A DNA stretch of 59,008 bases, the filler included. It is 5 parts of 5 records of this genome, joined end to end, with 100 filler letters (N's around TTAATTAATTAA, not from the genome) between each part and the next. Parts side by side here need not be neighbours in the genome. Positions count along the whole stretch, not along the records: positions 1 to 19,615 come from DRR723986_19937; 4 more parts are not named here. One strand, 5' to 3'. The position numbers and the translations under genes were made by a program. Within the stretch, counting starts at the first letter, position 1; each line of letters opens with the position of its first letter. Shown one piece after another: positions 8,515 through 19,174 of this stretch. The notes below the pieces were generated by a model. It made no database searches. It saw only the letters and a list, made by a program, of their open reading frames with translations, and had not been told where the DNA came from.

Positions 8515-11500
8515 CGTTTCAAGGTAAAATGGGCTTTAAACTCTTTTTTATTTCCTGTTGTTGGTTCGTTATATTCTACTAAAAACCAATAATCACTTGT
8601 TGGCATCATATTGCCGTTATAGGTGCCGTTCCAACCTGATCCTGTTGGACTGAGTTGCTTTAACAACTTTCCATAGCGGTCAAATATATAAATTTTTGCA
8701 CTGCTTCCAATACCTGCAATGTTCCAAGTGTCATGATTGCCATCTCCATTGGGTGTAAAGTACAGTGGGTAATCGATTACAAACACTGGTACTACTGCTA
8801 TACCACAGCCATTCTTGTCTCTTGCAATTACTTCATGCTCTCCTGTCGATACTCCTGTAAAGGTACCACTATCCTGCCATGGTCCTCCATCTAAACTATA
8901 CTCATAATCTCCTGGTCCCGTCGCTACTGCTTCTATAACGTGATTATTTGCAAAAGCTTGTGTCACCACATCAGCTACCAAGGTCGGTGGCTCGCTCTCT
9001 ATCACTTCGGTACTGTCTGAGTTGGTACAGTTGGTCTGCGTTGAGGTACTGATGTCCGTAACGATAACACTATAGGTTCCCCCTTGTAACGGGCTTATAC
9101 TTGGACTTGTTGCTCCGGCTAATACTGATCCATCTAAGGACCACTCAAAACTATAATCTGTCTGTGATAAGCCTGTGTCTAATACTAATGGATCTAATAC
9201 TTCTGTACCATTGGTACTCACACATAATATATAACTGTCCTCTAAATTGAAGTTCGGTAATGGATTCACCTGAAGGGTTAAATCTGTGACTGCATAACAG
9301 ATCGATCCGTCTTGTTGATTATCAAACGTGCCGTCATTATTTAAATCTACTGGATCACCAAGGCCATCTCCATCTATGTCTACAAAATCGATAATGCCAT
9401 CGGCATTGGTATCTATAGCATCCGATAAGCCATCTCCATCGACATCTACCAAATCAAACACTCCATCTGCATCAGTATCATAGGTGTCTATTGTCCCATC
9501 AGCATCCAGGTCTAAGCCTGCTGTCAGTGCGGACAGATCTAAGGCGATACCGATAACCGATAAGGCATTGTTATCTACTCTAGCATAAATCACCTGTGGG
9601 TTGATTACGTTTTCGTAAAGGGTCGGTAATGGATTTACATTAAGGTTGGCATCGGCTTCCGTAGCATAGTAGCTCACAATATAGTTCACCGGATCCTGAC
9701 CATCAAGTACCAAGGCGTCTTGGGTCGATAAATCGAACTGTACACTGTCGTTAATCGGATTACCATCGGTTTCCATAGTGTCATCACACTCCTGGTAAAC
9801 AATTGGATCCATATCTGGATTTGCCTCTGCGGCTTCGTCTACTTGGATATCAAAACGTTGGGTGCTAATTGAGCAGCCTGTTGTGTTGTCCGTAATCGTT
9901 ACAAATATCTGTTGTGGATTACTTGTATTGATATAAGGACTTACCAAAGCGTTCATGCCAGCTTGTGCATCTGCAAGGTTATCGTGATAGGTCACTATGT
10001 ACTGATTTGGATCTTGTCCATTCAATACTTCAGCGTCCTTACTCGTTAAATCAAAACTGTCAAAACCATCTGTATTAAGTTCGCACTGTATAAAGTTAGT
10101 CACAGCTACCACTTCTGGTAACGGATTAACGCGTATGGTAAAGTCTACTACGGTATAACAGCCTGTTACATCATTAGTCACTCTGACATAGATCTCTTGT
10201 TCTGGTGTCTGGGTGTTGGTATACTGGGTTGGATCTACTATTGGGTTGTCTCCCGTATCAGCATCTTCTGCTGTCTCATGATAGGTCGGTGTCACTCCTG
10301 CTTCACCATTGAGCAACAACACTTCGTTTTCTGTTAGATCAAATAGCTCTACTCCATCTCCGGTATTGATCTCATCACATAACTCTAAATCTGGTAACTG
10401 ATCACTCGCTGTTGGCGTTGGATTTGGCAGTACACGTATGGTCATCGTGGTAAAGTCTACACAACCAGTATCGGTATCGGTAACCACAACATACAAGGTC
10501 TGTGGGTTGGCTGGTAAGCCTCCTACTGAGGTATTGGTGTAGGCTGTTGGGTCTGGAATAGCATTCATCTGCGCTTGTGCATCCGCATCCGTTTCATAAT
10601 ACGCTACAGACCAACTGGCATTGCCTCCTGTGATCTCTGCATCTTTTACCGTCAAATTAAATTCAGTCATCTCATCTCCTGGAGATTCCCCTAAATCATC
10701 ACACAACTCTAATGGTGTTGGTTGTACCGCTGTGGGTGGTAATTCTACTTGTAATTCAAACTCACCCGTGTCTTCACACATCGTCGTTGGGTTGAATAAA
10801 CGTACATAAATCGTCTGTGGATTTGATACGTTGGTATAGTTCCCTACATTAATAATAGGGTTGTTACCGGTCTGGGCATCGGCTGCACTGACATGATAGG
10901 TCAATAAAACATCCGCTGGGTTCTGAGTCCCTAATATATCGGCTTCTCTTATGGTTAAATCAAACTGTGTGATACCATCATTGTCTGTATCGCAAATGAT
11001 AATTGGTTCTAAACTCGTCGGTACTTCTGGTGATGGGACTACTATGAGCTCTAAAGTGTTTAAGGTTAAACTGTAGCAGCCCGTTAGCGTGTTCTCTGAA
11101 CGTACATAAATCATCTGGCTGTTGGCTACGATATTTGTATAGGGACTGGCCAGTGGATTGTCTCCCATCTCTGCGTCTTCCTGGGTCTCATGGTAACTAA
11201 TTACCACATCGGATTCTCCATTGGTAATCGCTACCGTACGAATCGTTAAATCAAATGCTGCAAAACCATCATTGTCATCATCACAAACTTCTATAGGTTC
11301 TGGATTCTGCTCTGGTGATGGTAATGGATTGACTCTTAAGGTTACCGTAATGGTACTATAACAGCCTGTGATATCATTCTGTGCTCTTACATAGATCGTC
11401 TGTGCATTGCTCGTATTGATATAGGGACTTACGATTGGACTGGTCGCATTGTCAGCGTCCATCTGTGTCTCATAATAGGTCAATGTAATACCCGTTTGGC

Positions 11501-14500
11501 CATTGAGGATTTCTGCATTGGCGTCTTCTAGGGTAAAGGGCTCTTGCTCATCTCCTGGATTGTCTACATCACACAAGGCTAGTGGCATTGGTTGTACTAA
11601 TACAGGTAATGGGTTAACGATAAGTTCTAAGGACGTGACCTTATAACAGCCTTCTACTGTATTAGTATCTTCTACGCGTATCCATATCAAATGGGTGTCT
11701 GGCTGGGTGTTGGTATAAGCGTTTGGATTCCCTATAGGGTTGCTCGGTGTATTGGCTTCCAATGCCGTCTCGTAATAACTTAAAATATACTGGGTCGGGT
11801 CTAGACCTCCTAAAACTTCTGAGGCCTTACTGGTTAAATCAAACATCGCAAATCCGTCTGCGGATACATCATCACAGGCTTCTAATGGTGTTGGATCTAC
11901 AATCTGTGGACTCGGCTCTACAATTAATACCAACTCGACTACGGTAGCACAGTCTGTCGCTATGGTGGCACTCTCTACTCTTACATAAAGTGTTTGCATG
12001 TTAACCACTATGTTATTGTAAACCGTGCTTGTATCTATAGCGTCTACATCATTATCGGCATTGGCCTGTGTCTCATGATAACTCACCGTGAGACCTAACG
12101 CCCCACCTGTAATCTCTGCTTCGGCATCGGTCAAGGTAAAAAGCCCAAAACCATCATTGTCCGGATCACAATACCTCAAGGGCTCTGGTGTATTGGCTAC
12201 TGGTGCCTGCTCAACCACCAAATCTAAGGTCGTTGTATCATAACAGCCCGTGCCATTGTCTTCTACTCTTACATATACTGTCTGTGGATTACTTATATTG
12301 GTATAAGGCACAGCCAAAGGACTGACATTACCATCAGCATCCGCCTGGGTTAAATAATAATTTACTGAATACCCTGGATTGTTACCGCTGATCTCTAAAT
12401 TTTTAATACTTAAATCTATCTCCGTTAAGCCATCTGGTACTCCGTCATCACAAACTTCTAATGGGGTGGGTACGATAACTACTGGTAAGGGGTTGGCTGT
12501 AAATTGTACAATACTACTATTTGAGCAAATACCTGAGGTAATATATTCTATAGAGTACGTCGCACCTGGCGTACCATTGGTGACATCTCCTGTATTAGGA
12601 TCAATAATCGCCGCATCCATTGGTAAAGGGTTAAAAATGAAGATTCCTCCTAATGTCCCTGTTATAGTAACTAATCCTCCATCACAAGTTGGGTCTACAC
12701 TAAAACTGGCATCATCAATTGGTAAAGCATTAAAGGTTACAACCTCTGTATCTGAACATAGCCCTCCGGTTGTATAAGTAACAGAATAGGAAGCGCCTGG
12801 TGTACCACCAGTGATGTCTCCCGTGGTTGGATCTATGACTGCTGCATCTGCTGGTACCACATCAAAACTAAAGGTTCCTCCTGTGGTGCCTGTAACTGTT
12901 GCTGTACCTCCATCACAGCTTGGCGTTACCGTAAATGAGGCATCGTCGGAAGTGGTTACCGTTACATTTTGAGTTAAAGATTGTGGGCAATTACCAGCTG
13001 TAGTATATTCTACAGTATAGGTCGTGCCAGAGACACCATTAATAATGGTACCTGTATTCGAATCGATTACGGCAGTGTCCGTCGGTAACGGATTAAATGC
13101 AAATGTACCACCAACATCACCTGTAACTGTTGCTGTTGCTCCATCACATGTAGCAGTTAGTGTAAAACCTGGGTCATCTAAAGTTAATACTGTTAATACT
13201 TGAATACTTGATGTTGGGCAAATACCCGAAGTTATATACTCTATAGTATAACTAGAACCCGGAGTTGCGCTGGTAACTTCACCTGTGTTCGGATCAATTA
13301 CTGCCGCATCAGTCGGCAAAGGATTGAAAATAAAGGTACCACCTAAATCACCCGTTATACTAGCCGTACCACCATCACAAGTTGGTGTCACAGTAAATGA
13401 AGAGTCGTCTTGAGTTAGGACTGTGAAAGTTAGTGTAAAAACATCTGGACATACTCCACTCGTAGTGTATTGCACTTCATAAGGCAAGCCAGAAATAGCT
13501 CCTGTGACTTCACCTGTAACAGGGTCAATATTTACGCCTAATCCTGGAAAACCTGTAAATTCAAATATCCCACCTGGCGTTATTAAGGGGCTATTTACTG
13601 TTGCCCCATCACAAGTTGGAGTGACATCAAATGTTGCGTCATCCAATGGATTAACAACAACTTCTAATGTTGTTGAAGATGCGCATTGATCATTATCTGG
13701 CGTAAACGTATAGGTTGTCGTAGCCAAATTATTTAAAGCTGGACTCCAACTTCCTAAAATTCCATTATTTGAAGTTAGAGGTAATGGCGCTAAAATATCA
13801 CCTACACAAATATCTGGAATGGTACCAAATGTTGGTGTACCTACCGGTGAAACATTAATCGTAATCTCTTCTGAGGTTGTTTCACCGCAGTTATCAGTAA
13901 TACTAACCGTGTAAGTTGTAGTAACAGCAGGAGATAAGACAGGGTTAGGAATATTGGGATCACTTACACCCGCTATTGGTGTCCATGAATATGCAGAACC
14001 ACTAGGTATTGTGGCGTCAACACTATAACTATCTCCGACACAAATATTTTGATCTTCGAATAATAGATTATCCACAAATGTTATACTATTAAAACAGACC
14101 TGATGCAGATTTGACAAACCGCCTGTAGATCCAACAAAACCAAAAAATATAGTATCATCATCATTGAAAATATTAGCTTCAATATCAAAGTTAAGGCTGA
14201 GGCGTAATTGACAATCAAAGTATACGTCGAAGACTTGTGTGGTTGCATTCCATTGAATTTTTATTTCATGATCAACACCATCTTCGATATTAGCACTAAT
14301 AGAACTTGCTTGAATAGGACCCGCCAGATTATTAAAAGCAATACCATGATTTGGTTCACCATCCCTTAATATAGCGACATGGTCAGCTGTTAAATCATTG
14401 TTTTCACCATTAAAATAAGTATCAAACTCTACGATAAGAGACTGTGAAATACCATCAAAACCCAAACCACCACCTAGACCGCCAATTACTGGAGTATCAT

Positions 14501-14780
14501 CTCTTTTAAAAACCAATGCCATACCATCAGCGCCATTCGCATCTTTATTCCCAAAATTATTTTGATAATAGATTGTAAAATCCTCACCAAAATTTATAGT
14601 ATTATCATACCAAACTCCACCTGACTGATTTAGTAAATCTGGTGTAATTCTATAACAGTTATTGCCTAAATCAACAGCGTCACCTATTGTGGTAGCATTA
14701 AGTTGTGCATAAATCTCTCCTGAAAAAAGAGATATGCATAAAAATAAGAGGAGTTTAAGATCTAATCGAGGATTTTGCAC
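8511..14780 (-). CDS. Large T9SS type-B cargo adhesin: L-type lectin domain, Ig-like repeats, gliding-motility-type CTD
   Basis: 2089 aa, GTG start; lectin motifs GADGMALVF and IVEFDTY; many Ig-like repeats; CTD YPLYFTPNGDGNHDTWNI...IFDRYGKLL...SDYWF...HFTLKR. Confidence 0.92.
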   Translation of the reverse strand: MQNPRLDLKLLLFLCISLFSGEIYAQLNATTIGDAVDLGNNCYRITPDLLNQSGGVWYDNTINFGEDFTIYYQNNFGNKDANGADGMALVFKRDDTPVIGGLGGGLGFDGISQSLIVEFDTYFNGENNDLTADHVAILRDGEPNHGIAFNNLAGPIQASSISANIEDGVDHEIKIQWNATTQVFDVYFDCQLRLSLNFDIEANIFNDDDTIFFGFVGSTGGLSNLHQVCFNSITFVDNLLFEDQNICVGDSYSVDATIPSGSAYSWTPIAGVSDPNIPNPVLSPAVTTTYTVSITDNCGETTSEEITINVSPVGTPTFGTIPDICVGDILAPLPLTSNNGILGSWSPALNNLATTTYTFTPDNDQCASSTTLEVVVNPLDDATFDVTPTCDGATVNSPLITPGGIFEFTGFPGLGVNIDPVTGEVTGAISGLPYEVQYTTSGVCPDVFTLTFTVLTQDDSSFTVTPTCDGGTASITGDLGGTFIFNPLPTDAAVIDPNTGEVTSATPGSSYTIEYITSGICPTSSIQVLTVLTLDDPGFTLTATCDGATATVTGDVGGTFAFNPLPTDTAVIDSNTGTIINGVSGTTYTVEYTTAGNCPQSLTQNVTVTTSDDASFTVTPSCDGGTATVTGTTGGTFSFDVVPADAAVIDPTTGDITGGTPGASYSVTYTTGGLCSDTEVVTFNALPIDDASFSVDPTCDGGLVTITGTLGGIFIFNPLPMDAAIIDPNTGDVTNGTPGATYSIEYITSGICSNSSIVQFTANPLPVVIVPTPLEVCDDGVPDGLTEIDLSIKNLEISGNNPGYSVNYYLTQADADGNVSPLAVPYTNISNPQTVYVRVEDNGTGCYDTTTLDLVVEQAPVANTPEPLRYCDPDNDGFGLFTLTDAEAEITGGALGLTVSYHETQANADNDVDAIDTSTVYNNIVVNMQTLYVRVESATIATDCATVVELVLIVEPSPQIVDPTPLEACDDVSADGFAMFDLTSKASEVLGGLDPTQYILSYYETALEANTPSNPIGNPNAYTNTQPDTHLIWIRVEDTNTVEGCYKVTSLELIVNPLPVLVQPMPLALCDVDNPGDEQEPFTLEDANAEILNGQTGITLTYYETQMDADNATSPIVSPYINTSNAQTIYVRAQNDITGCYSTITVTLRVNPLPSPEQNPEPIEVCDDDNDGFAAFDLTIRTVAITNGESDVVISYHETQEDAEMGDNPLASPYTNIVANSQMIYVRSENTLTGCYSLTLNTLELIVVPSPEVPTSLEPIIICDTDNDGITQFDLTIREADILGTQNPADVLLTYHVSAADAQTGNNPIINVGNYTNVSNPQTIYVRLFNPTTMCEDTGEFELQVELPPTAVQPTPLELCDDLGESPGDEMTEFNLTVKDAEITGGNASWSVAYYETDADAQAQMNAIPDPTAYTNTSVGGLPANPQTLYVVVTDTDTGCVDFTTMTIRVLPNPTPTASDQLPDLELCDEINTGDGVELFDLTENEVLLLNGEAGVTPTYHETAEDADTGDNPIVDPTQYTNTQTPEQEIYVRVTNDVTGCYTVVDFTIRVNPLPEVVAVTNFIQCELNTDGFDSFDLTSKDAEVLNGQDPNQYIVTYHDNLADAQAGMNALVSPYINTSNPQQIFVTITDNTTGCSISTQRFDIQVDEAAEANPDMDPIVYQECDDTMETDGNPINDSVQFDLSTQDALVLDGQDPVNYIVSYYATEADANLNVNPLPTLYENVINPQVIYARVDNNALSVIGIALDLSALTAGLDLDADGTIDTYDTDADGVFDLVDVDGDGLSDAIDTNADGIIDFVDIDGDGLGDPVDLNNDGTFDNQQDGSICYAVTDLTLQVNPLPNFNLEDSYILCVSTNGTEVLDPLVLDTGLSQTDYSFEWSLDGSVLAGATSPSISPLQGGTYSVIVTDISTSTQTNCTNSDSTEVIESEPPTLVADVVTQAFANNHVIEAVATGPGDYEYSLDGGPWQDSGTFTGVSTGEHEVIARDKNGCGIAVVPVFVIDYPLYFTPNGDGNHDTWNIAGIGSSAKIYIFDRYGKLLKQLSPTGSGWNGTYNGNMMPTSDYWFLVEYNEPTTGNKKEFKAHFTLKR

Positions 14781-14934
14781 GCTTAAATATATAGATAAGT
14801 TTGTGTACTAATTTTAACTTTTCGATGAAAAGGTTCTAAAATCAGCTTTTATATAGTACTTGTATAGGATATGTATAGTTTAATAACTAATAATACGGTA
14901 AAACAAATTTTTTGTTAGTTTTTAACTGGCTTTT

Positions 14935-16686
14935 TTACTTGCTAATGTACACCCAACCTGTTCGGCTTTTACTACCACCTTCATAAATCATTGTATAGAA
15001 ATAAGTCCCGACCGGAAGTTCTTCCCCGTCATTAGTTTGCCCTTCCCATTCATTAGTGTAATTGTCTTTTGCATAAACTAAGGTACCATTTCTATTAAAT
15101 ATTTCAATTTTTGTTACGGCAAAATTCCTTAAATCAAAGTTGTCATTAAAGCCAGGTGAAACACTAGGTGAAATACCTTGAGGAATAATACAGTTTCCCG
15201 TTTGTAATTCTGCCAGAACGCTAATCGTTGTTCTTGTTAAAGAAACGCATCCCGTTATTTCATTTACAGCTTCTGCATAATAAGTGCCTAATTCTGTCGC
15301 TATCAAAGTTACACTATCTAATAAAAGCAAGTTTCCACCGACTTCTGCATCATACCAATTAACAATAACATCAGTATTTACAGATGCAAATAGTTCAGCC
15401 TCATTCGTTTCACAATTAATTCCGACATCACCATCAACGATTGGAGGGTCAGGATTTGTTTTTACTGAACTCACTTCTGTTCTTACAGATGAGACACACC
15501 CGGTTATGTCATCTATAGCTTCTCCATAATACGTTCCTTCATCATTAACTAAATAAGCATTGCTATTCTGTAACAATAAATTCCCACCTGTAGGTGAATC
15601 ATACCAATTGACGGAAATTCCGGTTGGAACAGAAACAAGTAGTAGTGCCTCATTAAGACTACAATTAAAGTCTACATCGCCATTACTAACTGGTGCTGCT
15701 GGACCTTGGACAACTGTTATTTGATAAGTGTCCGAAAATGTTATGCAATCAGAATTATTTAAATTTGCTGCAAACTCTGCTACTTTTGCTCGGTAATATG
15801 TTGTTACGTTTACTCCAGCTATATTTAAATCTTCGTTTGTTTCGCCAGCAATATCTGACCAGACTTCACCGTCAGAGCTAGTTTGCCATTGATAAAAATG
15901 AGAACTGAAAACCACATTATCTGGAATAGCAGTTAATGTATCGGAGTAAGGGGTTTCTGAGCTACAAATGTTCACTGAAGGATTATTATTACTGTCCTCA
16001 ACGGCAATTAAATCTCCACAACTTTTAAAAACAATATCGTCAATAGCTAAATCATTACCACATCCTCCTACACCATTATTAATCATCTTTAAAATCACTT
16101 CAGTTTGACTTGGAAGGGTTTGAAAAACCAACCCATATTGATCCCAAGTAGGTTGGGCTGTAGCAAAAATATCTCCAGTATCACCACTTGCTAATAAATT
16201 AGTATCGGTACTATCCCATATTTGAAAACTGACATTAACAGGTATTTCTATACCTTGATTAACACAGAAACCAGGTACTTTTAAAAAATTAAACAACCAA
16301 GCGGAAAATTCATAGGTTGTTGTTTCACATAGTCCAGAAACTTTTGTCCTGTAAAATTCACCAGGATTAAAATCAGCATTTACGATAAGAAATTTTCCAT
16401 CTACATCATCTGGAGTGTGATCTTCAACTTCATGCCAATCATACGGATTCCCGAAGGATCCATTAGCTACGGTATAAAATCCATCATCGGGATAACCAGA
16501 AGTATATGTATAGGTCGTTGTTCCATCAGGAAGACTAGAATTTACAATTCCGGTTCCAAAATCTTCATTAAATATGGGATCCCCAGAATTTCCTTGACAG
16601 AATCCTAATTGTGCATTTATGTCTTTTGAAAGAAAAGAAATACATAGGATAAGTAGTATTTTAAGATCTAAATGAGTGTTTCGCAC
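14935..16686 (-). CDS. T9SS type-B cargo protein; probable GTG start at 16686
   Basis: Signal peptide MRNTHLDLKILLILCISFLSKDINAQ parallels that of the downstream gene; GNDLAIDDI domain; two Ig-like VNWYD repeats; CTD IPQGISP...IFNRNG...GTYFY...GWVYI. Confidence 0.88.
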   Translation of the reverse strand: MRNTHLDLKILLILCISFLSKDINAQLGFCQGNSGDPIFNEDFGTGIVNSSLPDGTTTYTYTSGYPDDGFYTVANGSFGNPYDWHEVEDHTPDDVDGKFLIVNADFNPGEFYRTKVSGLCETTTYEFSAWLFNFLKVPGFCVNQGIEIPVNVSFQIWDSTDTNLLASGDTGDIFATAQPTWDQYGLVFQTLPSQTEVILKMINNGVGGCGNDLAIDDIVFKSCGDLIAVEDSNNNPSVNICSSETPYSDTLTAIPDNVVFSSHFYQWQTSSDGEVWSDIAGETNEDLNIAGVNVTTYYRAKVAEFAANLNNSDCITFSDTYQITVVQGPAAPVSNGDVDFNCSLNEALLLVSVPTGISVNWYDSPTGGNLLLQNSNAYLVNDEGTYYGEAIDDITGCVSSVRTEVSSVKTNPDPPIVDGDVGINCETNEAELFASVNTDVIVNWYDAEVGGNLLLLDSVTLIATELGTYYAEAVNEITGCVSLTRTTISVLAELQTGNCIIPQGISPSVSPGFNDNFDLRNFAVTKIEIFNRNGTLVYAKDNYTNEWEGQTNDGEELPVGTYFYTMIYEGGSKSRTGWVYISK

Positions 16687-16753
16687 GTTTAATATTTTAT
16701 AGATGCATTGTACGTAATGATATAACCTTTTTAGAAAAACCATTCATTAAAAC

Positions 16754-16761
16754 TACCTTTG
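16754..16761 (+). promoter_or_regulatory. Bacteroidota -7 promoter element (TAnnTTTG) for pbpC
   Basis: TACCTTTG ends 8 nt before the ATG at 16770. Confidence 0.6.
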
Positions 16762-16769
16762 TATAGGAC

Positions 16770-19121
16770 ATGTATAGGTTAATTAAATATTTTAAGAATA
16801 ATCGTAAAAAATCTTTAGTCATTTTTGGGCTTTTTGTTGCTTACTATTTTTGTTTACCTAAACAATTATTCAAAGACCCAACCGCAACCGTTATAATAAG
16901 TAGCTCTAATGATCTGCTAGGAGCTTTAATTGCTGATGATGGTCAATGGAGATTTCCTGCCAGTGATAGCATTCCAGATAAGTTTAAAACGTGTATTCTT
17001 CATTTTGAGGATGAATACTTTTACAGGCATCCTGGCTTTAATCCTATTTCAATTTTTAAAGCTTTAAAAGGAAATTTAAGTTCAGGTTCTGTAACTCGTG
17101 GCGGAAGTACCATTACACAGCAAGTTATTCGCCTATCTCGTAAAGGGCAATCCAGAACTTATATCGAAAAATTTAAAGAAATAATTCTCGCCACACGATT
17201 AGAATTTAGACTTTCAAAAGATGAAATACTAAACCTATATGCAAGCTATGCTCCTTTTGGAGGGAATGTTGTGGGTATAGATGCCGCTTCATGGCGCTAC
17301 TTTAATAGTCCTGCTTCAAATTTATCATGGGCTGAAAGTGCATCACTTGCCGTTTTGCCCAATGCACCAAGTTTAATCTATCCTGGGAAAAACCAAAAAA
17401 GATTACTAGACAAGCGTAATCGCTTATTAAAAAAATTATTTGATAATGGTACCATTGACGAATTAACCTATAATTTATCAATTGCTGAAGGCTTACCTCA
17501 AAAACCGTATCCGTTACCTCAAATTGCACCGCACTTACTTCAAAAAGTGGCCAAAAAAAATAAAGGGAAGCGCATAAAAACAACACTCAACATTTCACTA
17601 CAGGAGCAAACAAATACCATTGTAAAACGACATTACAATCTTCTAAAACAAAATGAGATTTACAATATTTCTGTTTTAGTTTTAGATGTGAATACCAGAG
17701 AAGTTTTAACCTATATTGGAAATTCACCTACGGATAATGCACATCAAAAAAGTGTTGATATTATTGATAAGCCAAGAAGTACAGGAAGTATATTAAAACC
17801 CTTTTTATATGCATCAATGCTCGATGCTGGTGATTTATTGCCAAACACTTTAGTTGCCGATGTGCCAACCCAATTTGGAAGCTACCAACCTGAAAATTTT
17901 AATAAATCTTATGATGGAGCTGTACACGCCAATGAAGCACTATCACGCTCTTTAAATGTGCCTGCTGTGCGTATGTTACAAGATTTTGGTTTAGATCGTT
18001 TTTATCATTATTTAAAACAACTCAAACTAAAAGATTTAAAATATAATGCGAATCATTATGGCTTATCACTAGTTCTTGGTGGTGCAGAAAGTAACCTTTG
18101 GGATTTATGTAAAAGTTATGCCGCTATGGCCTCAACTTTAAATCATTTCAACGATAATTCTAGTCAATACTTTACAGAAGAATTTGTGCAACCAATTTAC
18201 AATTCGGACTCCACAATTGACTTTGGCAATCTGTGCGACGAGAAAACCGTTTTTGATGCTGCCTCAATCTATCTGACTTTTGAAAGTATGAAGCAAGTTA
18301 ATAGACCAGAAAGTGATGAAAGCTGGGAATTTTACGATTCTTCAAAAGAGATTGCATGGAAAACAGGGACAAGTTTTGGGTTTAGAGATGCTTGGGCAAT
18401 CGGGACAACAAAAGATTATGTAGTAGGTGTTTGGGTTGGAAATGCTGATGGAGAAGGCAGACCTGGATTAGTTGGTGTGCAAACAGCAGCACCAATTTTA
18501 TTTGACGTCTTTGACCTTTTACCAAAGAGTGACTGGTTTACAAAACCGTATGATGAGATGACCGAAGTATCCATTTGCAAAAAAAGTGGCTACAGAGCAT
18601 CAACTATTTGTGAAGATACTGAGTTAAGATATATACAGGTTTCTGGTCAGAAAACACATCCATGTCCATTTCATCAATTGGTGCATTTAGATGTATCAGA
18701 ACGTTTTCAGATTAATTCATCTTGTGAAAGCGTGTCTTACATTAATACTAAGCCATGGTTTATACTTACACCGTTACAGGCTTTTTATTTTAAAAATAAA
18801 AATCCTTTCTATAAACCACTTCCGCCATTTCGTAATGACTGTGTCAAAGCTTCTGATGTAAGCATGGAATTTATTTATCCCAATCAACAAAGTTCCATTT
18901 TTTTACCAAAAGATTTTAATGGAAATACTAATGAACTAATTCTAAGAGTGGCACATTCTAAACCTGAATTAAAACTCTATTGGTATATTGATAATCAGTT
19001 TATTGGATTAACAAAAGATATACATGATATGGCTGTTTTACCCAATGAAGGAGGTCATCTAATAACCGTGGTTGATGAGTTAGGAAATGAGTTGAAACAT
19101 AAAATTACAATTTCAGAGTAG
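16770..19121 (+). CDS. pbpC: Penicillin-binding protein 1C
   Basis: Transglycosylase motifs FEDEYFY.HPG and GGSTITQQ; transpeptidase motifs STGSILKPF, SLN, KTGTS; Cys-rich PBP1C C-terminus. Confidence 0.93.
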   Translation: MYRLIKYFKNNRKKSLVIFGLFVAYYFCLPKQLFKDPTATVIISSSNDLLGALIADDGQWRFPASDSIPDKFKTCILHFEDEYFYRHPGFNPISIFKALKGNLSSGSVTRGGSTITQQVIRLSRKGQSRTYIEKFKEIILATRLEFRLSKDEILNLYASYAPFGGNVVGIDAASWRYFNSPASNLSWAESASLAVLPNAPSLIYPGKNQKRLLDKRNRLLKKLFDNGTIDELTYNLSIAEGLPQKPYPLPQIAPHLLQKVAKKNKGKRIKTTLNISLQEQTNTIVKRHYNLLKQNEIYNISVLVLDVNTREVLTYIGNSPTDNAHQKSVDIIDKPRSTGSILKPFLYASMLDAGDLLPNTLVADVPTQFGSYQPENFNKSYDGAVHANEALSRSLNVPAVRMLQDFGLDRFYHYLKQLKLKDLKYNANHYGLSLVLGGAESNLWDLCKSYAAMASTLNHFNDNSSQYFTEEFVQPIYNSDSTIDFGNLCDEKTVFDAASIYLTFESMKQVNRPESDESWEFYDSSKEIAWKTGTSFGFRDAWAIGTTKDYVVGVWVGNADGEGRPGLVGVQTAAPILFDVFDLLPKSDWFTKPYDEMTEVSICKKSGYRASTICEDTELRYIQVSGQKTHPCPFHQLVHLDVSERFQINSSCESVSYINTKPWFILTPLQAFYFKNKNPFYKPLPPFRNDCVKASDVSMEFIYPNQQSSIFLPKDFNGNTNELILRVAHSKPELKLYWYIDNQFIGLTKDIHDMAVLPNEGGHLITVVDELGNELKHKITISE

Positions 19122-19143
19122 TCAAAATTACGGGTCAAATCCT

Positions 19144-19151
19144 TACTTTTG
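19144..19151 (+). promoter_or_regulatory. Bacteroidota -7 promoter element (TAnnTTTG)
   Basis: TACTTTTG upstream of the ATG at 19175. Confidence 0.55.
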
Positions 19152-19174
19152 TATCTAATAATCAACTAATATTT

